Of a stretch of 64,000 bases of DNA, positions 1 through 12,706 are shown one piece after another. Under the pieces are notes generated by a model. The model searched no databases. It saw nothing but the letters and a program-made list of their open reading frames with translations, and was not told where the DNA came from. This stretch comes from Gammaproteobacteria bacterium. Lineage in GTDB: Bacteria; Pseudomonadota; Gammaproteobacteria; JBCCGL01. Within the stretch, counting starts at the first letter, position 1. Each line of letters begins with the position of its first letter. Location: the NCBI GenBank assembly GCA_965277715.1, contig OZ255836.1, forward strand, positions 3,552,001 through 3,616,000. Direction: 5' to 3'. The translations under genes were made by a program, and so were the position numbers.

Positions 1-286
1 TGACCGCCAGGGTAATGCACTTTCCTGGGCAACAGCCGGTGGTTCTGGTTTTCGTGGTTCACGAAAAAGTACACCGTTCGCCGCTCAGGTTGCCGCTGAA
101 CGCGCCGGAGAGGCCGCTAAGGTCTATGGGTTGAAAAACCTTGATGTTAAGGTGAAAGGCCCCGGTCCTGGTCGCGATTCAGCCGTACGTGCCTTGAATA
201 ATGTTGGCTATAAAATCGGATCGATTACGGATGTTACACCGATTCCTCACAATGGATGCCGTCCACCTAAACGTCGTCGGGTATAA
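1..286 (+). CDS. rpsK: 30S ribosomal protein S11 (5' part outside window)
   Basis: Frame from position 2 reads [29 protein letters not shown]...VKGPGPGR...[16 protein letters not shown], stop TAA at 284-286; lies upstream of rpsD. Confidence 0.97.
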   Translation, partial: DRQGNALSWATAGGSGFRGSRKSTPFAAQVAAERAGEAAKVYGLKNLDVKVKGPGPGRDSAVRALNNVGYKIGSITDVTPIPHNGCRPPKRRRV

Positions 287-323
287 ACCTTGCGTTTTTG
301 CAAAAATTATTGGGAGTTAAACC

Positions 324-944
324 TTGGCTAGATATATCGGCCCCAAGTGTAAGCTGAGTCGTCGTGAAGGTACTGATTTGTACTTGAAATCGGGGATACG
401 GCCACTCGAATCTAAATGCAAGCTTGAAAGCCCTCCAGGCGTTCAGGGTGCGAAGCGTGGACGGCCTTCTGATTACGCAATTCAGTTGCGTGAGAAGCAA
501 AAGCTGCGTCGTTTGTACGGTGTACTGGAAAAACAGTTCAGAAATTATTATAAGAAGGCTGCACAAAGAAAAGGTTCTACCGGTGAAAACCTGTTGAGCT
601 TATTGGAGTGTCGGCTCGATAATGTTGTTTATCGTATGGGGTTTGGCTCTACGCGTGCTGAAGCCCGTCAATTGATCAGTCATAAATCTATTTTGGTCGA
701 TGGCAGTATTGTTAATGTGCCCTCTTATCAAATAGCGTCTGATCAGGTGATAGCTGTTCGCGAAAAATCAAAAAAGCAGGCGCGTATTGCTGAGTCCATT
801 GAGTTGGGGCAGCAACGCGGTGTGCCAGATTGGATGGATGTCGATGTGAAGAAAATGGAGGGGATTTTTAAGTCTGTGCCTGATCGCAGTGATTTGCCAG
901 CAGAAATCAACGAATCACTGGTTGTGGAACTTTACTCCAAGTAG
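324..944 (+). CDS. rpsD: 30S ribosomal protein S4 (TTG start)
   Basis: [19 protein letters not shown]...[12 protein letters not shown]...VVELYSK; alpha-operon order. Confidence 0.98.
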   Translation: MARYIGPKCKLSRREGTDLYLKSGIRPLESKCKLESPPGVQGAKRGRPSDYAIQLREKQKLRRLYGVLEKQFRNYYKKAAQRKGSTGENLLSLLECRLDNVVYRMGFGSTRAEARQLISHKSILVDGSIVNVPSYQIASDQVIAVREKSKKQARIAESIELGQQRGVPDWMDVDVKKMEGIFKSVPDRSDLPAEINESLVVELYSK

Positions 945-959
945 GGGAGAGAAAACTCG

Positions 960-1958
960 ATGTCTGGTGATGTAAACGAATTTTTAAAACCACGGATTGT
1001 TGATGTAAATACCTATAGTTCCAGTCACGCCAAGGTGACTCTGGAGCCTTTAGAGCGTGGCTTTGGGCATACCTTAGGGAATGCGTTGCGGCGAATTTTG
1101 TTGTCCTCTATGCCGGGTGCGGCGATTGTTGAGGCAGAAATTGATGGTGTATTGCATGAATACACTACGGTTGAAGGTGTTCAGGAAGATGTCATGGACA
1201 TTTTATTGAACCTGAAAGGCATTGCACTGGTAATGCATGGTAAAAATGAGGCTAAGCTTGAGTTAAACAAGAAAGGTCCTGGAATTGTTACGGCTGCTGA
1301 TATCACGCTTGACCACGATGTGGAAATTATCAACCCTGATCATGTTATTGCTAATCTGACCAAAAAGGGTGGCGTTAATATGTTGCTCACTGTACGTCAA
1401 GGGCGTGGATATGAGCCATCGACTCAACGTGTACTTGCAGAGGGTGAGACCCGCCCAGTGGGTAGCCTACAGATTGATGCCTCTTTTAGTCCGGTTCGTC
1501 GGGTGGCTTATTCTGTTGAATCGGCGCGTGTTGAGCAGCGTACTGACCTCGATAAATTGATTATCGATATTGAAACGAATGGCACTATTGATCCAGAAGA
1601 AGCGATTCGCAAGTCGGCGTCGATTCTACAGGGGCAATTGTCAGTATTCGTTGATCTCACGGCTGATGAGCAGATGCCACAGGAAGAGCAGACTTCTTAT
1701 ATTGATCCAATTCTGCTTCGCCCGGTCGATGATCTTGAGTTGACAGTACGTTCGGCGAATTGTTTGAAGGCGGAAAATATTTACTATATTGGTGATTTGA
1801 TTCAACGTACGGAGGTTGAATTGCTTAAAACACCGAACCTGGGTAAAAAATCACTCACTGAAATCAAAGATGTCTTGGCGCAACAAGCGCTTTCATTAGG
1901 TATGCGCCTGGAAAACTGGCCACCACCTGAGTTGGTTGGAAGAAAGGTCGGGCTTTGA
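960..1958 (+). CDS. rpoA: RNA polymerase alpha subunit
   Basis: [26 protein letters not shown]; [31 protein letters not shown]. Confidence 0.99.
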   Translation: MSGDVNEFLKPRIVDVNTYSSSHAKVTLEPLERGFGHTLGNALRRILLSSMPGAAIVEAEIDGVLHEYTTVEGVQEDVMDILLNLKGIALVMHGKNEAKLELNKKGPGIVTAADITLDHDVEIINPDHVIANLTKKGGVNMLLTVRQGRGYEPSTQRVLAEGETRPVGSLQIDASFSPVRRVAYSVESARVEQRTDLDKLIIDIETNGTIDPEEAIRKSASILQGQLSVFVDLTADEQMPQEEQTSYIDPILLRPVDDLELTVRSANCLKAENIYYIGDLIQRTEVELLKTPNLGKKSLTEIKDVLAQQALSLGMRLENWPPPELVGRKVGL

Positions 1959-1997
1959 TCCGAATTGTATTGAACACTATCAAGGTTAATTAATATC

Positions 1998-2381
1998 ATG
2001 CGTCATCGTAATAGTGGCAGACAACTAAACCGTAATAGCAGTCATCGCAGTGCTATGTTTAAAAACATGGCAGTGTCTTTGTTGCAGCACGAAATCATTA
2101 AAACAACGTTGCCTAAAGCCAAAGAGTTGCGTGGTGTTGTTGAGCCATTGATTACTTTGGCTAAGCATGACAGTGTTGCCAATCGTCGGCTTGCATTCGC
2201 GCGTTTGCGTGATAAGGCGATGGTGGGTAAATTGTTTACTGAGCTTGGTCCACATTTTCAAGAACGCCCTGGTGGTTATACGCGTATTCTGAAATGTGGG
2301 TTTCGCCAAGGTGATAAAGCGCCTATGGCGTATATTGAGTTGGTGGATCGTCGTACTGATGAGGAAGAAGACGCTGCTTAG
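1998..2381 (+). CDS. rplQ: 50S ribosomal protein L17
   Basis: [17 protein letters not shown]...[10 protein letters not shown]. Confidence 0.98.
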   Translation: MRHRNSGRQLNRNSSHRSAMFKNMAVSLLQHEIIKTTLPKAKELRGVVEPLITLAKHDSVANRRLAFARLRDKAMVGKLFTELGPHFQERPGGYTRILKCGFRQGDKAPMAYIELVDRRTDEEEDAA

Positions 2382-2399
2382 TTTTTATCCTACTTTTTG

Positions 2400-2428
2400 A
2401 AAAAAGGCCCTATTTAAGGGCCTTTTTT
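2400..2428. terminator. Bidirectional intrinsic terminator between convergent rplQ and uvrA
   Basis: AAAAAAGGCCCT-ATTTA-AGGGCCTTTTTT perfect stem with A/T tracts on both sides. Confidence 0.9.
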
Positions 2429-2465
2429 ATGTCAATTAATTCAAAGTTGGGGCAGTACATTATGC

Positions 2466-5321
2466 CTAACCTTTTTTGGTACGTGACTTCAGGGGACTGC
2501 TGTTTTTCAATACCCGTTTTAAATAATGCCCTGTATAAGAATCTTTGTTGTTACTAATATCTTCTGGTGTTCCCGTTGCAATGACTTTACCACCACCTGA
2601 CCCACCTTCAGGTCCAAGGTCGATAACCCAATCACTGGTTTTTATCACGTCGAGGTTGTGTTCAATGACCACGACGGTATTGCCGTGGTCACGTAAGCGG
2701 TGCAGTACGCGAAGCAATTGTTCTACATCGTAAAAGTGTAACCCCGTTGTTGGTTCGTCCAGTATGTAGAGTGTCTTTCCCGTATCGCGTTTGGACAGTT
2801 CACGTGATAGTTTTACCCGTTGTGCTTCTCCCCCTGATAAGGTGGTCGCATTCTGCCCCAGGGTAATGTAGGAGAGGCCTACGTCCATTAAGGTTTGCAG
2901 TTTACGGCTGACAACAGGTATGGCTGAAAAGAAATCGAGACCTGCTTCAACGGTCATTTCCAGTACCTGATGAATGTTCTTTCCCTTGTAGTGAATATCC
3001 AGTGTTTCCCGGTTGTAGCGTTTGCCTTTACAGGTGTCACAGGTGACGTATACATCGGGAAGGAAGTGCATTTCGACTTTAATTAAACCATCACCCTGGC
3101 AGGCTTCACAGCGCCCCCCTTTGACATTGAAACTAAAACGCCCCGGCTGGTAACCACGGGAACGTGCTTCTTGTGTGCCAGCGAACAGTTCTCGAATGGG
3201 GGTAAATAAGCCAGTGTAAGTTGCCGGGTTTGAACGCGGTGTCCGGCCTATCGGGCTTTGGTCTATATCAACAACTTTATCGATGTGTTCTATACCTTTA
3301 ATCGATTTAACTTTTGCCGGTGGCTGGTTGGCGTTGTTGAGTTGTTGTGCCACGTAACGGTAAAAAGTATCGTTAATCAATGTCGATTTTCCCGAACCGG
3401 ACACGCCTGTTATGCAGGTTAGCAACCCTATAGGAATATCTGCACTCACGGATCGAAGATTATTGCCCGAAGCACCTTTAATACTGAGAAGGTGCTTTCC
3501 TTTTGGTGTGCGTTTTGTGGGGATGGGAATTTGCCGTTTTCCAGAGAGGTATTTACCTGTCAATGATGTGCGGTTTTTCTGGATTTTATCGGGTGTTCCT
3601 TTGGCAACGATCCGTCCGCCGTGAACACCAGCGCCAGGGCCAATATCTACCACATAGTCGGCGGAGCGGATAGCGTCTTCGTCATGCTCGACAACGATGA
3701 CAGTGTTGCCTAAATCACGCAAATAGGTGAGTGTATTGAGCAGCCGCTCATTGTCGCGTTGGTGCAAACCGATGGATGGTTCGTCGAGCACGTACATAAC
3801 GCCCATCAGTCCTGCCCCGATCTGGCTGGCGAGGCGGATTCGCTGGGCCTCGCCACCGGAGAGGGTTTCAGCACTACGCTCCAATGTCAGGTAATCGAGG
3901 CCGACGTTGACTAAAAATTGCAATCTTTGCAATACTTCTTTGAGTATCTTTGCGCCAATTGCTGCGCGCTGACCTTCCAGTACCAGGGTTTTGAAATAGT
4001 GATGTGCTTCACCGATGGGCAGTGCAGTAATTCTCGGCAAGTTTTTATCACCGATGAATACGTGTCGGGCGTTAATATTGAGCCGTGTACCTGTACAGTC
4101 CGGGCATGCCTGTGTCGATAAGAGTTTGGCGAGTTCTTCACGTACAGCGGTGGATTCGGTATCTCGATAGCGGCGTTCCAGGTTGGGAATGATACCTTCA
4201 AAGGCCTGCACACGGGTGCGGGCATCACCACGGTCATTGAGGTAGCGAAATTCAATTTTTTCTTTGCCGCTGCCCAATAGAACAATGTGCTGTATTTTTT
4301 TATTGAGTGACTGAAAAGGGGCTTCCACATCGAATGCATAATGCGCGCCGAGTGACTGAACCATTTGAAAATAGTAGGCGTTACGTCGATCCCAGCCACG
4401 AATAGCACCACCGGCCAAGCTGAGGGAGGGATTGGAAATCACCCGTTGTGCATCGAAAAACTGCTTGGCGCCAAGGCCATCACACCCACTGCATGCACCG
4501 TGTGGGCTGTTAAATGAAAATAGGCGCGGCTCCAGTTCAGGTAGGGCATAGCCACATTTATTACAGGCAAATTTTGATGAAAAAGTAATTTCTGCGGTAC
4601 TGTCGTCATTCATTGGCGCAGCGATAGCGACACCTTCTGCGAGCTGTAAGGTGGTTTCCAGTGATTCGGCTAAACGCAAACCGAGATCATCGCGAATTTT
4701 GATGCGATCAACTACCACCTCGATAGTGTGTTTCTGTTTTGGGTTAAATTGAATGTCGGTATCCAGTTCGAGTACGTGTCCGTCGATACGTGCACGAATG
4801 AATCCTTGGGCGCGCAACTCGTCGAGCAGTTTTTTATGTTCGCCTTTTCGGTTGCTGACGATAGGGGCGAGCAGCATCCATTTGCTGCCTGTAGGAAGCC
4901 CGAGTAATTGGTCGACCATTTGGCTAATAGTCTGTGCATCCAGTGTAATATCGTGAGTAGGGCAGCGCGGTGTGCCTACGCGGGCAAATAGCAGCCGCAG
5001 GTAGTCATAAATTTCGGTTATCGTGCCAACGGTTGACCGAGGGTTGTGCGAGGTGGATTTTTGTTCGATGGATATCGCGGGAGACAAGCCCTCGATATGG
5101 TCTATATCGGGTTTCTCCATCATCGATAGAAACTGCCGCGCATAGGCGGACAACGATTCGACATAGCGCCGCTGCCCCTCGGCAAAAATGGTATCGAATG
5201 CCAGCGAAGACTTGCCTGATCCAGATAGACCGGTAACGACAATGAGTTTGTCGCGTGGCAGGTCGAGATCTATGTTTTTAAGGTTGTGGGTGCGTGCGCC
5301 GCGTATTCGGATAGTTTCCAT
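2466..5321 (-). CDS. uvrA: Excinuclease ABC subunit A
   Basis: Two Walker A motifs ([18 protein letters not shown]), two LSGGEAQR signatures, Zn-finger Cys clusters. Confidence 0.99.
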   Translation of the reverse strand: METIRIRGARTHNLKNIDLDLPRDKLIVVTGLSGSGKSSLAFDTIFAEGQRRYVESLSAYARQFLSMMEKPDIDHIEGLSPAISIEQKSTSHNPRSTVGTITEIYDYLRLLFARVGTPRCPTHDITLDAQTISQMVDQLLGLPTGSKWMLLAPIVSNRKGEHKKLLDELRAQGFIRARIDGHVLELDTDIQFNPKQKHTIEVVVDRIKIRDDLGLRLAESLETTLQLAEGVAIAAPMNDDSTAEITFSSKFACNKCGYALPELEPRLFSFNSPHGACSGCDGLGAKQFFDAQRVISNPSLSLAGGAIRGWDRRNAYYFQMVQSLGAHYAFDVEAPFQSLNKKIQHIVLLGSGKEKIEFRYLNDRGDARTRVQAFEGIIPNLERRYRDTESTAVREELAKLLSTQACPDCTGTRLNINARHVFIGDKNLPRITALPIGEAHHYFKTLVLEGQRAAIGAKILKEVLQRLQFLVNVGLDYLTLERSAETLSGGEAQRIRLASQIGAGLMGVMYVLDEPSIGLHQRDNERLLNTLTYLRDLGNTVIVVEHDEDAIRSADYVVDIGPGAGVHGGRIVAKGTPDKIQKNRTSLTGKYLSGKRQIPIPTKRTPKGKHLLSIKGASGNNLRSVSADIPIGLLTCITGVSGSGKSTLINDTFYRYVAQQLNNANQPPAKVKSIKGIEHIDKVVDIDQSPIGRTPRSNPATYTGLFTPIRELFAGTQEARSRGYQPGRFSFNVKGGRCEACQGDGLIKVEMHFLPDVYVTCDTCKGKRYNRETLDIHYKGKNIHQVLEMTVEAGLDFFSAIPVVSRKLQTLMDVGLSYITLGQNATTLSGGEAQRVKLSRELSKRDTGKTLYILDEPTTGLHFYDVEQLLRVLHRLRDHGNTVVVIEHNLDVIKTSDWVIDLGPEGGSGGGKVIATGTPEDISNNKDSYTGHYLKRVLKNSSPLKSRTKKG

Positions 5322-5432
5322 ATAACTCGCTGGGTGTTAGTCAATTATGTGTTTCATTTTGCCGAGGCGAAACTGTTAATATACGCCGATTGGCAGGTAC
5401 TCGCCCGCTTATTTTACCCGTGTTTTTATGGG

Positions 5433-5448
5433 CTGTTTTTTTGAACAG
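5433..5448. promoter_or_regulatory. LexA (SOS) box between divergent uvrA and ssb
   Basis: CTGT-TTTTTTGA-ACAG matches the gammaproteobacterial CTGT-N8-ACAG consensus; TATAAT at 5477-5482 faces ssb. Confidence 0.75.
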
Positions 5449-5556
5449 ATAGGCTGCAAGTAGCCAGTGGTATTTGTATAATGTGCTGTTTGGCGCGGTG
5501 TGGAATTGTGGGTGAGGCTTGGGGTTCTATAGGCGCAACAATATGAGGGTAAGTAT

Positions 5557-6021
5557 ATGGCACGCGGTGTTAACAAAGCGATTTTGATTGGTAATCTGGG
5601 CGCCGACCCGGAAATGCGGTATATGCCCAGCGGCGGTGCTGTCGCTAATGTTAGTCTGGCTACCGCTGAGTCGTGGAAAGATAAGAATACAGGTGTGCAG
5701 CAGGATCGTACCGAATGGCACCGTGTTGTATTTTTTAACCGGCTTGCGGAGATAGTGGGGGAGTATTTGAAAAAAGGTTCACAAGTCTACGTCGAGGGGC
5801 GTATCCAAACCCGTAAATGGCAGGATAAGCAGGGAATAGACCGCTACAGCACCGAAATCGTCGCAAGCGATATGCAAATGCTCAGTAGTCGTGGTAGTGA
5901 GGGCGGCAGCTCTGCCGGTTTTGGTGGTGGTTATTCACAGCCACCGCAGCAGCAACCCTCACAGAGCGTGCCTGCTAACCGGTCGCCAGAGCCTGAGTTT
6001 GACGACGATGTGCCGTTTTAA
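5557..6021 (+). CDS. ssb: Single-stranded DNA-binding protein
   Basis: [19 protein letters not shown]; acidic tail FDDDVPF. Confidence 0.98.
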   Translation: MARGVNKAILIGNLGADPEMRYMPSGGAVANVSLATAESWKDKNTGVQQDRTEWHRVVFFNRLAEIVGEYLKKGSQVYVEGRIQTRKWQDKQGIDRYSTEIVASDMQMLSSRGSEGGSSAGFGGGYSQPPQQQPSQSVPANRSPEPEFDDDVPF

Positions 6022-6074
6022 TTAAATCACCAAAAATACCAACTACCTATCGCTTTTGAGGAGCGCGGAGCACT

Positions 6075-7241
6075 ATGAGCAACGATTTTATTTTTACGTC
6101 TGAGTCTGTGTCTGAAGGTCACCCGGATAAAATGGCCGATCAAATCTCAGATGCCGTGCTGGATGCTATTCTGGAACAGGATAAGCGTGCACGGGTTGCT
6201 TGTGAAACCCTGGTCAAGACCGGTTTGGTGATGATTGCCGGTGAAGTGACCACCTCTGCCTGGGTCGATTTGGAAGCAGTGGTGCGGGAGAAGGTATTGG
6301 ATATTGGTTATAACGGCTCGGACGTCGGTTTTGATGGGGCTACCTGTGCCGTGGTGAATGGCCTTGGTAAACAGTCGCAGGATATAGCAATGGGCGTTGA
6401 CCGTGAACGCGATGAAGAGCAGGGTGCAGGTGACCAGGGTTTGATGTTTGGTTATGCTTCAAACGAAACTGACGTATTGATGCCTGCGCCGATTACCTAC
6501 GCGCATCGACTGGTTGAGCAGCAGTCGAAGGTGCGTAAGCGTGGTGAGTTGAAATGGTTGCGCCCGGATGCAAAAAGCCAGATAACATTGCGCTATAGCA
6601 ACGGTAAACCCGTGGGGATGGAAGCGGTGGTGCTGTCGACACAGCACGATCCCGATATATCACTGGCCAACCTGCAGGAAGCGGTGATGGAACATATCAT
6701 CAAACCAATATTACCCAGCGAATGGATTGCTGGTTGCCCAGGTGAAAATATCCATATTAACCCAACGGGCAATTTTGTTATTGGTGGGCCAGTGGGTGAC
6801 TGCGGTTTAACCGGGCGCAAGATTATCGTCGACACCTATGGGGGGATGGCACGCCACGGTGGCGGTGCGTTTTCTGGGAAAGATCCGTCAAAGGTTGATC
6901 GCTCGGCCGCTTATGCGGGGCGCTATGTGGCGAAAAATATCGTTGCTGCAGGGCTGGCAGACCGGTGCGAGATTCAAATCTCTTACGCAATTGGTGTGGC
7001 CAAACCGACATCGATTAGTATCGAAACGTTTGGTACCGGTAAGATTGATGATCGAAAGATTGAAGCCTTGGTTGCTGGGCATTTTGATTTGCGCCCTTAC
7101 GGTATTCTGAAAATGCTCGATTTGATTCGCCCCATTTATGCGGCAACGGCCCGCTATGGCCATTTTGGTCGCGAAGATGACGCATTTACGTGGGAGCGGA
7201 TCGATAAATCTGACGTCCTGCGCAATGCTGCTGGACTATAA
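6075..7241 (+). CDS. metK: S-adenosylmethionine synthetase
   Basis: [35 protein letters not shown]. Confidence 0.99.
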   Translation: MSNDFIFTSESVSEGHPDKMADQISDAVLDAILEQDKRARVACETLVKTGLVMIAGEVTTSAWVDLEAVVREKVLDIGYNGSDVGFDGATCAVVNGLGKQSQDIAMGVDRERDEEQGAGDQGLMFGYASNETDVLMPAPITYAHRLVEQQSKVRKRGELKWLRPDAKSQITLRYSNGKPVGMEAVVLSTQHDPDISLANLQEAVMEHIIKPILPSEWIAGCPGENIHINPTGNFVIGGPVGDCGLTGRKIIVDTYGGMARHGGGAFSGKDPSKVDRSAAYAGRYVAKNIVAAGLADRCEIQISYAIGVAKPTSISIETFGTGKIDDRKIEALVAGHFDLRPYGILKMLDLIRPIYAATARYGHFGREDDAFTWERIDKSDVLRNAAGL

Positions 7242-7286
7242 TTCACGCTTCACCGGGTTTAATTTCACCGGGTGAATAATGCTTTA

Positions 7287-7380
7287 CCTGCCGAGGGGCG
7301 TTGCGACAGAGAGGGTTGTATTTTTATTAACCTAGCTCTGCCAGGCTCGGTGTGGTCAAGTTTCTGTAAACGACGCTCGC
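7287..7380 (+). promoter_or_regulatory. SAH riboswitch upstream of ahcY
   Basis: CCGAGGGGCGTTGC...AGGCTCGG (P1), variable hairpin CAGAG..AGGGTT/AACCT..CTCTG, pseudoknot partner AACGACGCTC just before RBS GGAGG; canonical ahcY context. Confidence 0.9.
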
Positions 7381-7398
7381 TGATGACGGAGGTGCACA

Positions 7399-8715
7399 AT
7401 GAGTGCAGCTGTACAACAAATCAGCGACTTCACCGATTACAAAGTCGCCGATATGTCTCTGGCCGAATGGGGCCATAAAGAAGTATCTATTGCCGAAACT
7501 GAAATGCCGGGTCTGATGGCTTTGCGTGAGGAGTACGGGGGTCAGCAACCACTGAAAGGTGCCCGAATTGCCGGTTGTCTGCATATGACTATTCAGACTG
7601 CCGTATTGATTGAGACGTTGATTGATCTTGGTGCGGAGATTCGCTGGTCATCGTGCAATATCTTTTCCACACAGGATCATGCAGCGGCGGCGATAGCCGA
7701 CAACGGTACACCGGTGTTTGCCTGGAAGGGCGAAACCGAAGAGGAGTTTGATTGGTGTATTGAGCAGACCATCCTTGGTCCCAATGGCTGGCGTCCAAAT
7801 TTAATTCTCGATGATGGGGGCGACCTCACGCTGATGATGCACGAGAAGTTTCCTGAATTGCTGGAGGGTGTTAATGGCCTTTCTGAAGAGACTACTACAG
7901 GGGTGCACCGGCTTTACGAGATGATGAAAGCGGGTACGCTGAAAGTGCCTGCTATCAATGTTAACGATTCAGTTACCAAATCAAAATTTGATAATCTTTA
8001 CGGTTGCCGTGAGTCATTACTCGACGGCATCAAACGGGCGACCGATGTAATGGTCGCTGGCAAGATTGCTATTGTGCTCGGCTATGGTGATGTTGGTAAA
8101 GGGTGTGCTCAGGCGTTTCGTGGTATGGGTGCTACTGTCTGGGTTACTGAAATCGACCCAATTTGTGCCCTGCAGGCATCGATGGAAGGTTACCGCGTAG
8201 TGAGAATGGACGATGTTGCCTCACAGGGTGATATTTTTGTGACCACGACGGGTAATATTGACGTGATTACTCATGCGCATATGGTGCAAATGAAAAATGA
8301 ATCGATCGTTTGTAATATTGGTCATTTCGATTCTGAAATTGCTGTTGCCAGCCTCAGGCAATATACGTGGGAAAATATCAAACCGCAGGTGGATCACATT
8401 GTATTTCCCGATGGCAAGCGCATTATTCTACTCGCTGAAGGCCGCCTGGTGAATCTCGGTTGTGCCACAGGTCACCCCAGTTTTGTGATGTCGGCATCGT
8501 TTACCAACCAGGTACTGGCCCAGATAGAGCTTTGGCAGCGCCCGGAACAGTATGCGGTGGATGTTCACGTCTTGCCAAAGTCGCTCGATGAAAAAGTGGC
8601 GCGTTTGCACCTTGGCAAAATTGGTGCAAATCTGACTGTGCTGACACAGGAACAAGCTGATTATATTGATATATCGGCCAATGGACCGTTTAAAGCGGAT
8701 CATTATCGTTACTGA
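7399..8715 (+). CDS. ahcY: Adenosylhomocysteinase
   Basis: [45 protein letters not shown]. Confidence 0.99.
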   Translation: MSAAVQQISDFTDYKVADMSLAEWGHKEVSIAETEMPGLMALREEYGGQQPLKGARIAGCLHMTIQTAVLIETLIDLGAEIRWSSCNIFSTQDHAAAAIADNGTPVFAWKGETEEEFDWCIEQTILGPNGWRPNLILDDGGDLTLMMHEKFPELLEGVNGLSEETTTGVHRLYEMMKAGTLKVPAINVNDSVTKSKFDNLYGCRESLLDGIKRATDVMVAGKIAIVLGYGDVGKGCAQAFRGMGATVWVTEIDPICALQASMEGYRVVRMDDVASQGDIFVTTTGNIDVITHAHMVQMKNESIVCNIGHFDSEIAVASLRQYTWENIKPQVDHIVFPDGKRIILLAEGRLVNLGCATGHPSFVMSASFTNQVLAQIELWQRPEQYAVDVHVLPKSLDEKVARLHLGKIGANLTVLTQEQADYIDISANGPFKADHYRY

Positions 8716-8727
8716 TGATGCCTGTGG

Positions 8728-8756
8728 GGCGCACTGTGCAATGCAGTGCGCCTTTA
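8728..8756 (+). terminator. Probable terminator hairpin after ahcY
   Basis: GGCGCACTG...CAGTGCGCC stem followed by TTTA (short U tract). Confidence 0.55.
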
Positions 8757-8934
8757 AATAGGTGCATGTGAATAAATCTCAACAGTCAGTTTAATTTGCT
8801 ATAAACACTTAATGCACTGAAGATAAAACACATTTCCCCCTTTTTGTTTTATTTTGTTTATGTGTATATTTTCAAGTGATTTTCGGCAAAAAAAAATGTA
8901 TGGTTACCCGCCCTTCGCTGATCGCCCTGAGTAG

Positions 8935-10308
8935 ATGGCACGCAAAGTCTATATAAAAACGCATGGATGTCAGATGAATGAGTATGATTCGGCAAAAATG
9001 CTGGATGTGCTCAGTGACGAGTGTGCAGTTGAACCGACTCAAGATCCTGAGCAGGCCGATATTCTGCTATTAAACACCTGCTCTATCCGTGAAAAAGCGC
9101 AGGAGAAGGTTTTCTCTGAGTTGGGTCGTTGGCAAAAACTCAAAGCGGCCAGGCCAGATTTGGTCATCGGCGTTGCAGGTTGTGTTGCCAGTCAGGAAGG
9201 CGAGGCGATTCAACGGCGTGCGCCGCAGGTTGATATTGTCTTTGGCCCGCAGACGCTGCATCGGTTGCCCACTATGCTGAAAACAGTTGATCAGCAAAGG
9301 GTGCCGGTAGTGGATATCTCTTTTCCAGAGATTGAAAAATTTGATAACCTGCCGACCCCACGTGCTGATGGCCCATCTGCCTTCGTTTCTATTATGGAAG
9401 GCTGCAGTAAATACTGTACGTTTTGTGTTGTTCCCTATACGCGTGGCGAAGAGGTCAGCCGCCCTTTTGATGATGTGATTGCCGAGTGCGTCTCGCTGGC
9501 TGAGCAAGGCGTGCGTGAAGTCAATTTGCTGGGGCAGAATGTCAATGCCTATCGTGGCGCAATGCACGATGGGGAAATTGCTGACCTGGCGTTATTAATT
9601 CGTTACGTGGCGGCTATTGAAGGCATTGAGCGCATTCGTTACACCACGTCACACCCGGTTGAATTCAGTGAAAGCCTGATTGATGTTTATGCTGATGTGC
9701 CGGAACTAGTTAGTTTTTTACACCTGCCTGTGCAGAGTGGTTCGGATCGCATTTTGGCGGCGATGAAACGTGGGCATACCGCTATAGAGTATAAATCCAA
9801 GATTCGTCGTTTGCGTAAGGTGCGCCCTGAGATTACCCTGTCCTCTGATTTTATTGTGGGTTTTCCCGGTGAAACCTTACGTGATTTTGACGATACCATG
9901 CAGCTTATTCGAACAGTTGGTTTCGATCACTCATACAGTTTTATTTACAGTGCGCGGCCAGGTACGCCGGCGGCCTCATTTAATGATGATACTGATATTG
10001 CGACAAAAAAATCACGGCTCGCGGAATTGCAGGCACTGATTGTGGAGCAAGCGGCTGCCATCAGCCAGGCAATGGTTGGCAGTGTGCAACGCATCCTCGT
10101 TGAAAGGCCAGCGCGGCGTGGTGAAGCTGAATTCGCAGGTCGAACCGAGAATAATCGTGTGGTTAACTTTAAGGGTGATGAATCGATGGTTGGATGCTTT
10201 GTCGATGTCATGATTACTGCTGCCATGCCCAATTCTTTGCGCGGTGAATTTATCGCAATTAGTGACCGGAATATGGTTTCCACACAGTGTGTTGGTATTA
10301 CTGCATGA
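8935..10308 (+). CDS. miaB: tRNA-2-methylthio-N6-dimethylallyladenosine synthase
   Basis: [18 protein letters not shown], radical [12 protein letters not shown]-terminal TRAM domain. Confidence 0.97.
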   Translation: MARKVYIKTHGCQMNEYDSAKMLDVLSDECAVEPTQDPEQADILLLNTCSIREKAQEKVFSELGRWQKLKAARPDLVIGVAGCVASQEGEAIQRRAPQVDIVFGPQTLHRLPTMLKTVDQQRVPVVDISFPEIEKFDNLPTPRADGPSAFVSIMEGCSKYCTFCVVPYTRGEEVSRPFDDVIAECVSLAEQGVREVNLLGQNVNAYRGAMHDGEIADLALLIRYVAAIEGIERIRYTTSHPVEFSESLIDVYADVPELVSFLHLPVQSGSDRILAAMKRGHTAIEYKSKIRRLRKVRPEITLSSDFIVGFPGETLRDFDDTMQLIRTVGFDHSYSFIYSARPGTPAASFNDDTDIATKKSRLAELQALIVEQAAAISQAMVGSVQRILVERPARRGEAEFAGRTENNRVVNFKGDESMVGCFVDVMITAAMPNSLRGEFIAISDRNMVSTQCVGITA

Positions 10309-11333
10309 TGCCGGGCAACCCACCTCGCCGGGATGGCGACATCTTTGAAAATGAATTTAGTTTACAACCTCTGGATAACCAGCGGTTGGCCAATTTGTGT
10401 GGGCAGCTTGATGAGCATTTGAAGCAGATAGAGTCGCGTTTAAGGGTGGAGGTGCAGCACCGTGGCGGGAAGTTTCGGGTGCTGGGTGACGAGCATGCGG
10501 TATGTGCTGCAAGCAATGTACTGCATGCACTTTACCGCACAACACAAGATGAACCACTATCACCTGAACAGGTACACTTGTTTTTGCAGGATGCAGGTAT
10601 TGAGGGTCTGATGGCTGAACCTGTGACAAGTGATGCCGCTGAGCGTGTCGATATTGTGTTGAAGCGCCAACGTATTATGTGTCGTGGCTTACACCAGATA
10701 AACTATGTGAAGAGCATTCGAAACCGTGACCTGACGTTTGGTATAGGTCCTGCAGGAACAGGGAAAACCTATTTGGCGGTGGCCTGTGCTGTCGAGGCAC
10801 TTGAAGCGGAGTCTGTGCGGCGTCTGGTATTGGTACGCCCGGCAGTCGAGGCGGGTGAGCGGCTGGGTTTTTTACCGGGTGATCTGGCGCAAAAGGTCGA
10901 TCCCTATTTACGCCCAATTTACGATGCGCTCTATGAGTTTATTGGCTTTGAGCGCGTGGCTAAATTGATTGAGCGCAATGTGATTGAAGTTGCACCGCTG
11001 GCGTATATGCGCGGGCGTACCTTGAACCACTCGGCGGTGATTATGGATGAAGCACAAAATACCACCGTTGAACAAATGAAAATGTTTTTGACCCGCATTG
11101 GTTTCGGTTCTCATGCGATTGTCACCGGCGATATTACACAGATTGATTTACCCCGGCACACGCTGTCTGGTTTGATTCATGTCAGCAAAGTGCTGAAGGG
11201 GGTTGACGATATTGGCTTTGCCCACTTTGATGCACGCGATGTGGTGCGCCACCCCCTGGTACAACGTATTGTCAGTGCTTATCAGGCGGCAGAGCGAAAA
11301 GACCAGCGTAAATCGGTTGCATCAAAAAACTAA
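10305..11333 (+). CDS. ybeZ: PhoH-like ATPase (start uncertain)
   Basis: [36 protein letters not shown]; miaB-ybeZYX-lnt synteny. Confidence 0.93.
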   Translation: MMPGNPPRRDGDIFENEFSLQPLDNQRLANLCGQLDEHLKQIESRLRVEVQHRGGKFRVLGDEHAVCAASNVLHALYRTTQDEPLSPEQVHLFLQDAGIEGLMAEPVTSDAAERVDIVLKRQRIMCRGLHQINYVKSIRNRDLTFGIGPAGTGKTYLAVACAVEALEAESVRRLVLVRPAVEAGERLGFLPGDLAQKVDPYLRPIYDALYEFIGFERVAKLIERNVIEVAPLAYMRGRTLNHSAVIMDEAQNTTVEQMKMFLTRIGFGSHAIVTGDITQIDLPRHTLSGLIHVSKVLKGVDDIGFAHFDARDVVRHPLVQRIVSAYQAAERKDQRKSVASKN

Positions 11334-11798
11334 ATGGTAGCGGTAGAAGTGCAATTTGCCGTCGATAGTGCGGCGTTACCGGATGCAGGGCAAATCTGTA
11401 CATGGGCCAGCGCGGCACTCGATAAGCAATTGAGCGGCGAGCTGACCATCAGAGTTGTTGATGTTGATGAATCCAGACAACTCAATGCGACTTATCGGCA
11501 TATCGATAAAGCGACCAATGTACTGTCATTTCCTGCAGATTGGGAACAGGAAAATGGCCTAAAATACTATGGTGATATTGCAATTTGTGCTGAAATTGTA
11601 TGCGAAGAAGCGGCGTGCCAATGTAAACCACTGCACGCACATTGGGCGCATATGGTCATTCATGGTGTGTTGCATTTGCTTGGTTATGATCATTTGCGCA
11701 AACACGATGCCGTACAGATGGAGACACGAGAAACAATGTTATTAGCACTATTTGATTTCTGTAATCCCTATCAACAAGCACAGCAGATAAGCAGGTAA
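11334..11798 (+). CDS. ybeY: rRNA maturation endoribonuclease YbeY
   Basis: TNVLSF, HGVLHLLGYDH. Confidence 0.95.
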   Translation: MVAVEVQFAVDSAALPDAGQICTWASAALDKQLSGELTIRVVDVDESRQLNATYRHIDKATNVLSFPADWEQENGLKYYGDIAICAEIVCEEAACQCKPLHAHWAHMVIHGVLHLLGYDHLRKHDAVQMETRETMLLALFDFCNPYQQAQQISR

Positions 11799-11807
11799 TT
11801 GACAAGA

Positions 11808-12668
11808 ATGAGTGACGAACCCGGAGAGAGTAGCCAGCGATCTTTAATGGATCGCATTGTTCAAGCGTTGGGTGGTGAACCCCGTGACAGGGATGAGCTG
11901 CTGGGTATATTACGCGATGCCAGTCGGCGTGATTTAGTTGATAGTGATGCACTTTCGATGCTTGAAGGTGTTTTTCAGGTCGCTGATATGAAAGTGCGGG
12001 ACATTATGATTCCACGTGCACAGATGGTAGTGGTGGAAGTCGATGATACGATTGAAGAGACACTCACTACGATCATTGAATCCGGTCACTCACGTTTCCC
12101 TGTTATTGGTGAAAGCAAAGATGAAGTGGTCGGTGTTTTATTGGCCAAGGACTTATTGCGGTTCTCCACGGCAGGCAGTAGTGAAATTCCTGATGTTAAC
12201 GAACTGGTGCGTTCAGCGGTATTTACTCCTGAAAGTAAGCGCCTCAATGTGTTATTGAAAGAGTTTCGTGCTAACCGTAACCACATGGCGATTGTGGTGG
12301 ATGAATATGGTGGTGTTGCAGGCCTGGTGACTATTGAAGATGTATTGGAACAGATCGTTGGTGAGATAGATGATGAGCACGACACAGAGGAAGATGCCAA
12401 TATCCGCCGCAATGGCGATGGTATATACACAGTGCGGGCACTAACTCCCATAGAGGAGTTCAACGACTTTTTCAAAGTGTCTTTCAGTGATGAAGAGTAC
12501 GATACGATTGGTGGCTTGGTGATGCACCAGGCGGGTCATATGCCCAGACCCGGCGAGCGTATCACTGTCGATGGGCGGGAATTTAAGGTACTGTCCGGTG
12601 ATTCCCGCCGCATTCATTTTTTACAGGTTTCCGATGCTATCACTCCAGTGACAAGCTTGGCGAGTTAG
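11808..12668 (+). CDS. corC: CBS/CorC-HlyC domain Mg/Co transport-associated protein
   Basis: VRDIMIPR, HSRFPV, VVDEYGGVAGLVTIEDVLEQIVGEI. Confidence 0.93.
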   Translation: MSDEPGESSQRSLMDRIVQALGGEPRDRDELLGILRDASRRDLVDSDALSMLEGVFQVADMKVRDIMIPRAQMVVVEVDDTIEETLTTIIESGHSRFPVIGESKDEVVGVLLAKDLLRFSTAGSSEIPDVNELVRSAVFTPESKRLNVLLKEFRANRNHMAIVVDEYGGVAGLVTIEDVLEQIVGEIDDEHDTEEDANIRRNGDGIYTVRALTPIEEFNDFFKVSFSDEEYDTIGGLVMHQAGHMPRPGERITVDGREFKVLSGDSRRIHFLQVSDAITPVTSLAS

Positions 12669-12706
12669 TGTGTGGTCATCAGCTTCGCGTAGGCATTATA
12701 TGAGCA

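Noticed and set aside
6075-8715. Functional link between metK/ahcY and the island's methyltransferases
   Set aside because: They are separated by the core miaB-lnt operon and differ in composition; proximity is probably coincidental.
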